From: Sedimentisphaerales bacterium
GTDB taxonomy: Bacteria > Planctomycetota > Phycisphaerae > Sedimentisphaerales > SM23-30
Direction of reading: 5' to 3'
DNA: 64,000 bases
Assembly (NCBI GenBank): GCA_963663805.2
Contig: CAXXMR010000012.1
Span: 128,001-192,000, forward strand
The translations under genes and the position numbers were made by a program. This document shows positions 38,101 to 47,983 of the stretch, one piece after another. The notes below the pieces were generated by a model. The model searched no databases and was not told the origin of the DNA. It saw nothing but the letters and a program-made list of their open reading frames with translations. Position 1 is the first letter of the stretch, and every line of letters begins with the position of its first letter.

Positions 38101-38311
38101 ATCTGAACTTTCTTCGAATCCGGTTCCAATTTACGAGAAAATGCCATCGCCAAGAATAAAAGTATAGTAAATCCAGATCCAAATAGCAACTCTGCCCCAA
38201 CAAAGAAATTCTGTTTTTCTGTTTGGCAATAAAGAACTCTGCGGTATGATATTTGCGAACAAGGTGAAGTCGTGCTACTATTACTCCAAGCATAGAAAGG
38301 CCGTTCAGACC

Positions 38312-39436
38312 ATGAGAATGCCGATAATCGTGTTATTGACACTTGGGATAATGCTTACAGGCTGTGACGGCCGACGGCGTATGATGAGCCTGCCTCCGAA
38401 TAATACCAGAACCCCGGAAAAAGTTACCCCGGCTCCTGCTCCTGCACCTGTTAAGGCTCAGCCCCAAAAGCTTCAGACCAAAACTGCCCCGACTGCCCCA
38501 AATCAAAACGCCAGACTCCACAACCGGGCCCGGCAGGTAATACTCGAAGCTGCCGGCGGCAATGACCCCGCGGTCCGCAGCCATGCCTATGAAATAATGG
38601 CCCAGATGCGTGATTATGACATCCCCCAACTCGTCAGGCAAGGCCTGGCCGACCCCTCACCTGCGGTACGCTTTGCCGCGGCGATTGCCGCTGGCGACCT
38701 GACCGACTACGCTGCCCGACCGATGCTGGAAAGACTATTACGCGACAGTAACCCCTCGGTCAAACTGGCCGCCGCATACGCACTCGAAAAACTCGGCGAT
38801 AAGCGATTCGGCAAATGGTACGATTATGTCCTCGATTCAGACGACACCGCCCTGGTCAGTCAGGCCTGCATCCTGCTCGGCAAATTAGGCAATACCTCCC
38901 TGCGAACCGATAGCAAAGAAAAACTCTGGCGGATTCTCGAAAAGAAAAACCAGCATGCCCCCGTCAAGCTCCAGGCCGCCGAAGCACTGGCCCGACTCAG
39001 CGAGGATAAAATCACCCGACGTCTGCTGGCCTTCGCCGGAAGCGGCTATGCCGACGACCGACTGCTGGCCATCAACGGCCTGGAGCTAATCGACGGACCG
39101 GAATCGTACGCCATGCTCACCGTACTGCTCGACGACCCGCAAATTGAAGTGCAGCTGGCCGCAATTCGGGCCCTGGGCGGTAACGCCGGCGACGCCGAAC
39201 GACAGCTGGCCCGGCAGTCCGTCGAATACAAAGACCCCGAATCAGACGACATCGCCACCGCACGCGTCAGGGGCCTGGCGGTACTGGCTCTGGGTAAAAC
39301 AGGTCTGGCCGAAGATGAAACATATATAATGCAGGCGTTAAATGACAATTTCGACTATGTCAGAACCGCCGCGGCCAAAGCTGCTGTCGAGTGGCTCAAT
39401 CGCCAGGCAAACCAGAATAATATTTCGGGAATGTAA
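38312..39436 (+). CDS. HEAT-repeat lipoprotein
   Basis: Lipobox MLTG-C, Pro-rich linker, many DPxPAVRxxAA repeats. Confidence 0.85.
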   Translation: MRMPIIVLLTLGIMLTGCDGRRRMMSLPPNNTRTPEKVTPAPAPAPVKAQPQKLQTKTAPTAPNQNARLHNRARQVILEAAGGNDPAVRSHAYEIMAQMRDYDIPQLVRQGLADPSPAVRFAAAIAAGDLTDYAARPMLERLLRDSNPSVKLAAAYALEKLGDKRFGKWYDYVLDSDDTALVSQACILLGKLGNTSLRTDSKEKLWRILEKKNQHAPVKLQAAEALARLSEDKITRRLLAFAGSGYADDRLLAINGLELIDGPESYAMLTVLLDDPQIEVQLAAIRALGGNAGDAERQLARQSVEYKDPESDDIATARVRGLAVLALGKTGLAEDETYIMQALNDNFDYVRTAAAKAAVEWLNRQANQNNISGM

Positions 39437-39451
39437 CAAAGGCGGCATATT

Positions 39452-40552
39452 ATGACCGGATTGATACTATATTTTTGCCTGGCCTTGGTGGTATCCTTTT
39501 TCTGCTCCTTGATGGAAGCGGTCCTGCTCACGGTTTCTCACGGCCATATCGAAACCATCATCAAAGAAGGTGGACGTTCCGGCGAGATTCTCCGCCATAT
39601 GAAAAATCGTATCGACCGTCCCTTGGCGGCGGTCTTGACTTTGAATACAGTCGCCAATACCGCAGGAGCCGCTGGCGTAGGTGCTCAGGCACTCAAAGTC
39701 GCCAACGAACTCCGACCGGGCCAGAGTAATAACTTCTGGGTGGCCGTCGCCTCAGCGGTTTTAACGTTATCTATCCTTTTCTGTTCCGAAATCATTCCCA
39801 AAACCCTCGGTGCGGTGCATTGGAAAAAACTGGCCCCCGTAACCGCCCATTCGGTAAATTTCCTGGTTAAGGCCCTTATGCCTTTTGTGCTGACTTCCGA
39901 GAAAATCGGCAGTCTGATTACCCCAAAAGGCGGACTAAAAAAAGTCTCACGCGAAGAAATGATTTCCACCGCTGAACTGGGCATGGACGAAGGCACACTT
40001 ATGGGACAGGAAACCCGTATCATTCGCAACATTCTCTGTCTCGGTCAGGTTCGCGTTAAAGACGTGCTAACACCCAGAAGCGTACTGGTAGCATTCCCTC
40101 AGGGTCAAACCATCAAAAACATCATCGAAAAGCACAGCCCCATACGTTTCAGCCGAATCCCCATCTACGGCAAAGACCTCGACGACATCACCGGCCTGGT
40201 CCACCGCTACAAAGTCCTCCAGACCTTCAGCCAGGGCAAACAGGACATGCCCATCGAACGCCTGTCAGTACCAATTTACGCCGTCCCCGATGTAAAAAGC
40301 ATCGCCAGCGTGCTTGATGAGTTTATCAAAAGACGCGAGCATTTGTTTCTGGTAGTAGATGAATACGGCGGCACCGCGGGAATCATCACCCTCGAAGACG
40401 CGATCGAAACCTTATTGGGCGTAGAAATTGTCGATGAGTTCGACACCGTGGCGGATATGAGAAAGCTGGCTTTGCAGATATGGGAAAGCCGTAAAAAAAT
40501 CCAGTTGAAAGACTACAAACCGGAACTGCCCAAAAAACAGAAGCGGGAATAA
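39452..40552 (+). CDS. CNNM/DUF21-CBS domain protein (HlyC/CorC family)
   Basis: SFFCSLMEA, SEIIPK, FSRIPIY, VVDEYGGTAGIITLED. Confidence 0.92.
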   Translation: MTGLILYFCLALVVSFFCSLMEAVLLTVSHGHIETIIKEGGRSGEILRHMKNRIDRPLAAVLTLNTVANTAGAAGVGAQALKVANELRPGQSNNFWVAVASAVLTLSILFCSEIIPKTLGAVHWKKLAPVTAHSVNFLVKALMPFVLTSEKIGSLITPKGGLKKVSREEMISTAELGMDEGTLMGQETRIIRNILCLGQVRVKDVLTPRSVLVAFPQGQTIKNIIEKHSPIRFSRIPIYGKDLDDITGLVHRYKVLQTFSQGKQDMPIERLSVPIYAVPDVKSIASVLDEFIKRREHLFLVVDEYGGTAGIITLEDAIETLLGVEIVDEFDTVADMRKLALQIWESRKKIQLKDYKPELPKKQKRE

Positions 40553-40610
40553 CATCCCGGTTTCACAAAGCAGACTATGAGCACCTCTAATAATTGCTTT
40601 TGAGGTACCC

Positions 40611-42020
40611 TTATTTATTTATCGCCGATTCCAACTGCGCCAGCAACGGATTTACCGGCATAGACTTCCGACCCGCCGGGGTTTCCCAGCAGACATCTTC
40701 TTCGCCCTTAAGATAAGCCTGAACCTTCCGACAAGCCAGAATCACGGTTGCGTGATTTTTGTTACCCATAAAACGACCTATTTCCGGAAAACTCATCGTC
40801 GTATGCTTCCGGGCCAGATACATCGCTATTGAACGAGCCAGACTGATTGTGCGAGTCTTACGCGAAGAATGAACGTCAGCCGGGGTAATACCAAAAAACG
40901 TCGTAACCGCCGCTTCGATATCCGAAAGGTGAACTATCGGGTCAGTCCGGGAAATATGGTCTTCCAAAGCTTCACGGGCAGTATCCAGATTAACCGCCCC
41001 ACCACCTAGGGACGCATAGGCGATCACCTTCAGCAACGCGCCTTCCAGCTCACGCACATTCGCCCGAATATTATTAGCTATATAATCGATAACTTCTTCC
41101 GAAACTTCCTTGTTCATCTTCCGGGCCCGCTGACGCAAAATCGCACAACGAGTCGAAAATTCCGGCGGGTCCACCTTAACTATCATACCCGATACAAAAC
41201 GATTCACCAAACCTTCCGAAAACTGGCCTATCATCTTCGGATGAGCGTCCGAAGCCATAATAACCTGTTTGCCTGCTGTATCAATCGCGTTAAAAGTGTG
41301 AAGAAATTCTTCCTGAGTAGCCTTCTTGCCCGCCAAAAAATGAACGTCGTCAATTATCAGCAGTTCCGCCTGACGATATTTATTCCGAAAAATGTCCAGC
41401 TTATTCGTCTTCAAAGACAAAACAAATTCATTCGTAAATTCCTCACCCGATACATAAGCCGCCCGAACATCAGGACGAGCCTGAAATACCGCATTGTAAA
41501 TCCCTTGAAGCAAATGAGTCTTACCCAGACCGCAGGCACCATGAATAAATAAAGGATTGAATAACGTACGCGGCTGGTCCACAACAGCCTTGCCAGCGCT
41601 AAACGCCAATTGATTCGACGGACCTACCACAAAGTCATCCAGTTTCAAACGAAGATTATCGCGATGAGCTCTTGTCGCTGGCAATGTCCCTCTGCCAGTC
41701 GGATTTGTACTCCGCGCGACGCTTTCTGCCTGTGAATCAAGCTGACGACGACGCTGACCACCAAAAAGCTCAGGGTCAATATTGAAAATCACCTGTCTTT
41801 CCTGCCCTGTAACTTCATTGGCCGCGGTTTTTACATGACCGGCAAAATGACTCTCAATCCAGCCCCCAATAAAGAGGTTGGGAACACCAACTTTTATATA
41901 ATCGTTCTCTAAAGTTATCTTAGTGGAATTCTTGAACCAGATCTTATAACGCTGCTGCCCGACTTTCTGGGCGATTAGCTCACTAATTCTATCAACAGTA
42001 TCCAAGCAGTCTGTCGCCAT
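40611..42020 (-). CDS. dnaA: Chromosomal replication initiator DnaA
   Basis: FVVGPSN, FNPLFIHGACGLGKTHLL, IDDVHF, TQEEFLHTFN, NVRELEGAL, SFPEIG, NHATV. Confidence 0.96.
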   Translation of the reverse strand: MATDCLDTVDRISELIAQKVGQQRYKIWFKNSTKITLENDYIKVGVPNLFIGGWIESHFAGHVKTAANEVTGQERQVIFNIDPELFGGQRRRQLDSQAESVARSTNPTGRGTLPATRAHRDNLRLKLDDFVVGPSNQLAFSAGKAVVDQPRTLFNPLFIHGACGLGKTHLLQGIYNAVFQARPDVRAAYVSGEEFTNEFVLSLKTNKLDIFRNKYRQAELLIIDDVHFLAGKKATQEEFLHTFNAIDTAGKQVIMASDAHPKMIGQFSEGLVNRFVSGMIVKVDPPEFSTRCAILRQRARKMNKEVSEEVIDYIANNIRANVRELEGALLKVIAYASLGGGAVNLDTAREALEDHISRTDPIVHLSDIEAAVTTFFGITPADVHSSRKTRTISLARSIAMYLARKHTTMSFPEIGRFMGNKNHATVILACRKVQAYLKGEEDVCWETPAGRKSMPVNPLLAQLESAINK

Positions 42021-42185
42021 GCGGGGACTCTCCTCTTAACTCTGGTAGTAAATCTTTGCTCTTTAATTCGACTCAGACGTGCCTCATGGGCGTTACTGCA
42101 AAGCCTGACAGTCACTTCTGCGGATGACTACGGCGTCCATGTTAATAGATACCTGTCAGGTTTCAAAACGAAAAACTAACATTTC

Positions 42186-42316
42186 TTTTCCACACTCAAC
42201 CAGCCAAGAAATAACAAATAGTTAGCTAAGAAAAAAACTTCCTGTCCACTTGTTTTCCACCACCTAAATCCCCATGTGGATAAGCTGTGGATTTTATTTG
42301 TAAGTTGTGTGAATTA
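42186..42316. promoter_or_regulatory. DnaA-box cluster, candidate oriC
   Basis: TTTTCCACA 42186, TTTTCCACC 42253, perfect TGTGGATAA 42275-42283, TGTGGATTT 42286, TGTGAATTA 42308; AT-rich segment between them; upstream of dnaA. Confidence 0.72.
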
Positions 42317-42551
42317 TTCCTTAACTTTTGCAAAATGAATGCCCCCCATTCAGCCGCACATTAAACAACCGCCGAGGGTCTCTTATAAGTGGAATTTTAT
42401 GCAAAACAGCAACTATTTATCAGGGCCGTACGCTAAAATAAGCGGTGCCGCTGACTTCGCCATAACATTTCACTAATCTCACCCGCATTATGGGCCGATG
42501 GTACGGTAATGGTAGTCCTGGATGTTTTTTATTACTGTTATGGGAGATGAT

Positions 42552-43196
42552 ATGATGATTGATATGGGCTCAGAAATTTTCCTCCAGGTTCCGGATAACC
42601 TGAAAAAAGTCGTTTTACACTCCGGAAAGGTCGTGGACCACGATGAGGAATACTTCACCGTGGATTTCGGATTTGATATGGAAGATGGCCAGGAAAAGGC
42701 CGTTCCCGTCCAGCCAGAGCAGGAAGTACTTATTTTCTGTGAAGTCCGAGGCGAGTTTATGAAGCACTCCGCCCGAATCACCGAAATCCTCCAGAGCGAA
42801 CCGGCTCCTGTCATTCGCTACGAAAGCACCAGCCAACTGGTTTCTGCCGAAAACCGCCAGTGTTATCGGGCCTCAACCGTTATTTCCGACATGTTTATCA
42901 AATTCGGCCCGGAAGAACGTTGTCCGTTATTGGACGTTAGCGCCTCCGGCTTCGCCGTAATGTCAGAAAAAAGTTACAATGTCGGCGAGACTGTCGACGT
43001 CGTTATCGAATTTGACGGCAAACAGTACACCGGCTCCGGCAGCATCCAGAGCATCGACTACCGCCAGCCAGGCCAGGTAAGATACGGCCTGCTCGGTATG
43101 GGCAGCAAAGCAGGTGACAATCTCGTAAAAGGCCTCGCCCACATCACCATGAACATACAACGCCAACAGCTACGCAGACTCGCCGGTGCAGTATAA
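42552..43196 (+). CDS. PilZ-domain (c-di-GMP receptor, YcgR-like) protein
   Basis: RxxxR (NRQCYR) and DxSxxG (DVSASG) motifs. Confidence 0.82.
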   Translation: MMIDMGSEIFLQVPDNLKKVVLHSGKVVDHDEEYFTVDFGFDMEDGQEKAVPVQPEQEVLIFCEVRGEFMKHSARITEILQSEPAPVIRYESTSQLVSAENRQCYRASTVISDMFIKFGPEERCPLLDVSASGFAVMSEKSYNVGETVDVVIEFDGKQYTGSGSIQSIDYRQPGQVRYGLLGMGSKAGDNLVKGLAHITMNIQRQQLRRLAGAV

Positions 43197-43323
43197 GTTT
43201 AATATAGCTCTTTAAATTTACGACATGGGGGCAAGGGCAGCAGGCAGATTCAGGTTGTATACTGAAATCTGTAAGCTGTCCTTTTTTTGATTTATAAACT
43301 CATATTCTGCCGAAAAAGTTATT

Positions 43324-44526
43324 ATGCTAACATCACGCAAAATGAATTTCGGTCGATACGACTACGCTGCCTTCATGAGCTTCATCTCCTACGCTGCCGG
43401 CTCGGTAGTTGTTCCCGTCGCACTGGTACAGGTCGCTCGCGAACTTGGTTTTAATTTAGCCGAAGGAGGTTTTTCCGCCGGCGGCGCCCTGCATCTGGGA
43501 CGAACCACAGCGATTGTCGCTGCGATGCTGCTTTGCGGTTTTATCGCCGGACGCTGGGGCAAACGAAAAACCGTGGGATTCTCAGTCGTCCTGATGGCCC
43601 TGGGCATGGCCGCCTGTGCTTTCACACCAACCTACAGCATCCTGTTCCTCGCCCTGCTCATCGCCGGTCTGGGTGAAGGCGTCATCGAAGGACTCACCAC
43701 CCCCTTCGTCCGCGAACTGCACCCCGAAGAAGCAGGTCGCTATATCAATTTCTCCCACGCTTTCTGGTCCGTCGGCGTACTCACCACCGTTCTTATCTGC
43801 GGATGGCTTTTATCACGGGAAGTCTCCTGGAGAATACTCGTCGCCGCCGTCGCGGTTTTAGGATTCATAACTTCGCTGATAATCCTGCTGCCCGAAAGCA
43901 AAGGCCGCCAATATCCCGAACACCCCGAACCCATCCATTGGAAAACAGTCTGCTACCACGCTCAACAAATTTTTCACGTCAAACGATTCTGGATTTTCTT
44001 CGCTGCCATGTTCCTGGCCGGTGGCGGAGAATTCTGCCTTACATTCTGGTCAGCCAGCTATATCCAACTCCACTTCAATACCGCCGCCTGGGCCGGAGGA
44101 GTCGGTACCGCCTGCTTCGCCGCCGGAATGGTACTGGGCCGAACCGGATGGGGCTATATCATCAAACAACATCAGTTACGCAATCTCGTTTTATATTCCG
44201 CTCTGGCAGGCTCTGCCATAACCGTAACATTCCCCCTGCTGAATAACCTGTGGCTGTTTTTCCTGATGCTCTTTTTCGCCGGAATCGCCACCGCACCCTT
44301 CTGGCCCAGCATCCAAAGCTACGCCGTTGACCAGATGCCCGCCAACGACACCACCATGCTGCTGATTCTTCTGTCATGTGCCGGAATACCCGGCTGCGGA
44401 GTATTCACCTGGCTGATGGGATATATCGGAAACCTAACCGGCAGCCTCAACGCCGCCTTCTACCTGGTCCCCGCCTGCTACCTTATCCTGGCTACCCTGA
44501 TAGCACTGCCAGCCAGAAGCAAATAA
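43324..44526 (+). CDS. MFS transporter
   Basis: About 12 TM segments; GFIAGRWGKRK motif A. Confidence 0.9.
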   Translation: MLTSRKMNFGRYDYAAFMSFISYAAGSVVVPVALVQVARELGFNLAEGGFSAGGALHLGRTTAIVAAMLLCGFIAGRWGKRKTVGFSVVLMALGMAACAFTPTYSILFLALLIAGLGEGVIEGLTTPFVRELHPEEAGRYINFSHAFWSVGVLTTVLICGWLLSREVSWRILVAAVAVLGFITSLIILLPESKGRQYPEHPEPIHWKTVCYHAQQIFHVKRFWIFFAAMFLAGGGEFCLTFWSASYIQLHFNTAAWAGGVGTACFAAGMVLGRTGWGYIIKQHQLRNLVLYSALAGSAITVTFPLLNNLWLFFLMLFFAGIATAPFWPSIQSYAVDQMPANDTTMLLILLSCAGIPGCGVFTWLMGYIGNLTGSLNAAFYLVPACYLILATLIALPARSK

Positions 44527-44576
44527 CTCCGCCGCAGGTACCCACCACGTCATTCACTTTTGCCTTCCGACTGTCT

Positions 44577-45899
44577 TCACTTCAATTCATCCCAGAGTTT
44601 ATCTTCAGCCTTCTTGAACTGACCGAAAGCGGTCTCCAGCTCCGCGACTATCGTATCAATTCGCTCCTTATCAAGAGTAATTGTTTCACCCGATGCTTCG
44701 AGTACGGCCTTCAGACGCAGCGACACCGCGTCGAGCTGTTCAGCACCTGCCGCGAACGCACCCGCCGAATCAATCACCCCCTGAATATACTGTTCATCTT
44801 CACCCGGCTTATACAGCAGTCGCCACGGGGCCCGCCGAATCTCACGACTAACCAGCTTCAGATTCGCCGAAATCTCATGAAAATTCCGCACCGTACTGCT
44901 GATAGTATCCCGATTCAAACGAATCGTATCATACCCTTCCTGGGCCAAAGCCTTAATCTTGGCAATCGCTTCCTGGGCAATCTCAACACCATCGTCAGCC
45001 TTCTTGAGAATATTTTTAACCTGCTCCAGAATCTCGGCCATTTCCTCTTCCAGGGTACCTGCCGTATTGCGAACCGAAACGACGGCCTCGTTGATAATCG
45101 GCTTGTTCGTCACAATAACATCCTGAATCTCCGCCAAATCCGTATTCAGCTTATCCAAAGCAGCGTGAACCTTGGCCAAAGCACTGGTATTCGTATCCGC
45201 CGTCATCTCCCGATTAAGCGACCCCACAACATTATCAAACCGGTCTAGAATACTATGCACCTTGACCATCAGCGTTTTCTTATCCTGGGTCAGCTCCGTC
45301 TGAGCGTTGATATTACCGCTCAACTGCTGCAAATTCGCCGCGATATCCAGCAAACGATACATCAGTGAATCCGTATTCTGCCCCGAAAGCTGATAAACCA
45401 GACCTTTGGGGTTCTCCGGGTCCAGCACCTGCTTGAAATTCTCGATAGCTTCGGTAATACTCGGCTCAAAAGCCAGCTCCAGCACCGCCCCGTCTGGAAT
45501 AACCGCCCCCTCAGAACCAATATCCTTAATTACCAGCGATGACTGCCCGCCCAAAACATTACTGTACGCCGAAAGCACACAATCATCACGCAACTGATAT
45601 TCCTGAGGCATAGTCATCGTAAAATAAACATATATCTCCGGCAACTCACCATCCGCACCGGGCTTGTTCTCGATATAAGTATCGCTAACCGTGCCTATCT
45701 TGGCCCCACCTAGAAAAATAGGACTGCCCGCCATCAAACCCTTCAAGCCCACCTGATAAGGCTGCTGAACTGTAACATTGCGTTCCGCGACAAAAAGATT
45801 CGACCAGTCCGCCAGCTTAACAACAATGATTATCGCCAGTATCAGCGAAACCATCACCGTAAGACCGACAGTTACTTCATTCCGAACTTTCTTAGACAT
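44577..45899 (-). CDS. MCE/MlaD-family protein with long helical tail
   Basis: RNEVTVG plus TM, GLMAGSPIFLGGAKIGTV, coiled-coil, PWRLL. Confidence 0.85.
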   Translation of the reverse strand: MSKKVRNEVTVGLTVMVSLILAIIIVVKLADWSNLFVAERNVTVQQPYQVGLKGLMAGSPIFLGGAKIGTVSDTYIENKPGADGELPEIYVYFTMTMPQEYQLRDDCVLSAYSNVLGGQSSLVIKDIGSEGAVIPDGAVLELAFEPSITEAIENFKQVLDPENPKGLVYQLSGQNTDSLMYRLLDIAANLQQLSGNINAQTELTQDKKTLMVKVHSILDRFDNVVGSLNREMTADTNTSALAKVHAALDKLNTDLAEIQDVIVTNKPIINEAVVSVRNTAGTLEEEMAEILEQVKNILKKADDGVEIAQEAIAKIKALAQEGYDTIRLNRDTISSTVRNFHEISANLKLVSREIRRAPWRLLYKPGEDEQYIQGVIDSAGAFAAGAEQLDAVSLRLKAVLEASGETITLDKERIDTIVAELETAFGQFKKAEDKLWDELK

Positions 45900-45959
45900 A
45901 ACATTTTTTCCGTATAAATATCAATCTATCTCACCTGATTCTACAAGGCCCGCCGAAAA

Positions 45960-46823
45960 CTAAAACTGCTCCGCCGGCCCCATCAGAATATCAACCACAT
46001 AATCTTCATCATCACGCCGTTTCGTAATCGGCCCGGTCGCCTGCCCACGCAAAAACTGACGTATCAGCAAATCCGTCTCGCTCGTCAGCGATTCTTCGTC
46101 ACTGTCACGCAAAATCTCAAAATCCTTACGCGGCCCAATCCTCAACGCCTTGCCTTTATCCAGCATACACATCTTATCAGCTATCGTAAACGCCGAATCC
46201 ATTTCATGCGTCACCACCACACTGGTAACATTCAGCTTCCGCGTCAGGTCGATTATCAACTGGTCAATCTGAGCACTGGTCACCGGGTCAAGCCCCGCCG
46301 AAGGCTCATCATAGAACAATATCTGCGGGTCCAGAGCGATCGCCCGCGCCAGCCCCGCCCGCTTTTTCATGCCGCCCGACAACTGAGCCGGCATCTTATC
46401 GGCGTGCTCCCGCAGATTCACCAGCTCCAGCTTGATCTTCACCATAATATCTATCGTAAACGGGTCCAAATCCGTATGTTCCCGCAACGGCAGCGCCACA
46501 TTCTCCGCGATCGTCAGAGAACTTATCAGAGCCCCCGACTGAAATAAAATCCCGAACTTCTTGCGAATATCATCAAATGCCGATTCCGCCATATTGGTGA
46601 TTTCCTCACCAAAAATCTTGACCGACCCCTTATCAGGCGTAATTGAACCTATCAGATGCCGCAAAAGAGTACTCTTACCACACCCCGAGCCCCCCATAAT
46701 GACCATAATCTCCCCACATGGTATGTCCAGATTAATCCCGTCCAGTACCCGCTGAGCCCCAAAGCTCTTGGTAAGGTCACTAATCGCGATTGCGGGTTCT
46801 TTATATTGTTTGTCAGAAACCAT
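45960..46823 (-). CDS. mlaF: MlaF/Mkl-type ABC ATPase
   Basis: GGSGCGKST, FQSGAL, LSGGMKKRAGLARA, YDEPSAGLDP, VTHE. Confidence 0.88.
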   Translation of the reverse strand: MVSDKQYKEPAIAISDLTKSFGAQRVLDGINLDIPCGEIMVIMGGSGCGKSTLLRHLIGSITPDKGSVKIFGEEITNMAESAFDDIRKKFGILFQSGALISSLTIAENVALPLREHTDLDPFTIDIMVKIKLELVNLREHADKMPAQLSGGMKKRAGLARAIALDPQILFYDEPSAGLDPVTSAQIDQLIIDLTRKLNVTSVVVTHEMDSAFTIADKMCMLDKGKALRIGPRKDFEILRDSDEESLTSETDLLIRQFLRGQATGPITKRRDDEDYVVDILMGPAEQF

Positions 46824-47049
46824 TTTTACTCCGATGATTTTGCAATATTCTAACGCTGGCGGAAAGTTATAGCAATTATTTGTTAAGGCACCGCTCATCC
46901 CGACACTTTCCATTCTGTCATATCGGCCCGGCCCCAGAACCCACACAAAAAAACACACTGCTTAATCTGGGCAATCTAGGCGATCCAGGCAATTACAGAA
47001 ACCCGAAATCCTGCCCCCGCCCCCAAAACCTACATAACGGGGATGATTC

Positions 47050-47078
47050 TTGACGGGCCCCGCCCGCTGGGCTAGACT
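47050..47078 (+). promoter_or_regulatory. Candidate sigma70 promoter
   Basis: TTGACG-N17-TAGACT just upstream of 47090. Confidence 0.5.
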
Positions 47079-47089
47079 CCAACTTTTGA

Positions 47090-47983
47090 ATGTTTAAGCG
47101 AACAACGTATGGTTTCCCCATGACAACCGCGTGCCAGAAAACTAAACGCTATCAAGCCTTGGCGAACCTTGAGCTTATCGCTCCGGGCCGCGGATGTCGA
47201 ATATGGCTGCCCCAAAATGACCAGGCCGACCGCTCGGCGATTCAGAAAATCACCCAATTCCTGCTTGGCAAACCAAACCCAAAAATTAAATCGGAGATTC
47301 TCCGCCGCCATAAGCGAGTGACTGTTTACCGCTTCCACCACAACAACCAGACCTATATCGCCAAAACCTTCACCCTAAAACGCTTCAAAGACAAACGCCA
47401 TCACGGTCGCTTCGCCCTGGCCGAGTTTACCAACCAGCAAGCCGCTCAAAAACTCAATATCCCCGTCCCGCGTTACAATGCGTATTTTGAAAAAAGCATC
47501 CTCTCCGGCACCTTCGTCAGCTTCTGCGGCGTAATCATGCAGGACCTCTCACCGGAATATATCCCGCTCCGCCAAGCCCTCACTCCCGGCTCCGCGGAGA
47601 TCATAAACATAATCCCCACCCTGACAGACCTCTGCCGCAAAGGCATCAACCACATCGACCTCTCGCCCGACAACATTTTCATTAACGACCGCCGCCAAAT
47701 CAAAATCATCGACTGGCAATACTGCGAGTTCTTCGATAGACCCAACCCCAACCAACTGCTCATCGTATCCGGCCAGTTCCTCCGCTCCGCCGCCATCCCG
47801 CCCCACAGCGAACTATGGAACAAATGGCTCAGGGAAATGTTCCATCAGGCCCGACCAAATCTAACCTTCGAAAAATTCGAAGAACAAACTATCAGATTCT
47901 ACCGCAGCAAGTACAACACCGACGACCGCCTAAACCTTAACCTCGACCACCCCAAAAGCATAATTGAATTAGGAAATCCATGA
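47090..47983 (+). CDS. LPS kinase (Kdo/WaaP/InaA)-like phosphotransferase
   Basis: YIAK, AEF, IPVP, HIDLSPDNI, IIDW motifs. Confidence 0.75.
   Translation: MFKRTTYGFPMTTACQKTKRYQALANLELIAPGRGCRIWLPQNDQADRSAIQKITQFLLGKPNPKIKSEILRRHKRVTVYRFHHNNQTYIAKTFTLKRFKDKRHHGRFALAEFTNQQAAQKLNIPVPRYNAYFEKSILSGTFVSFCGVIMQDLSPEYIPLRQALTPGSAEIINIIPTLTDLCRKGINHIDLSPDNIFINDRRQIKIIDWQYCEFFDRPNPNQLLIVSGQFLRSAAIPPHSELWNKWLREMFHQARPNLTFEKFEEQTIRFYRSKYNTDDRLNLNLDHPKSIIELGNP

Noticed and set aside
44376..45248. 290-aa + strand ORF
   Set aside because: Antisense to the MCE/MlaD gene; no recognisable motifs.
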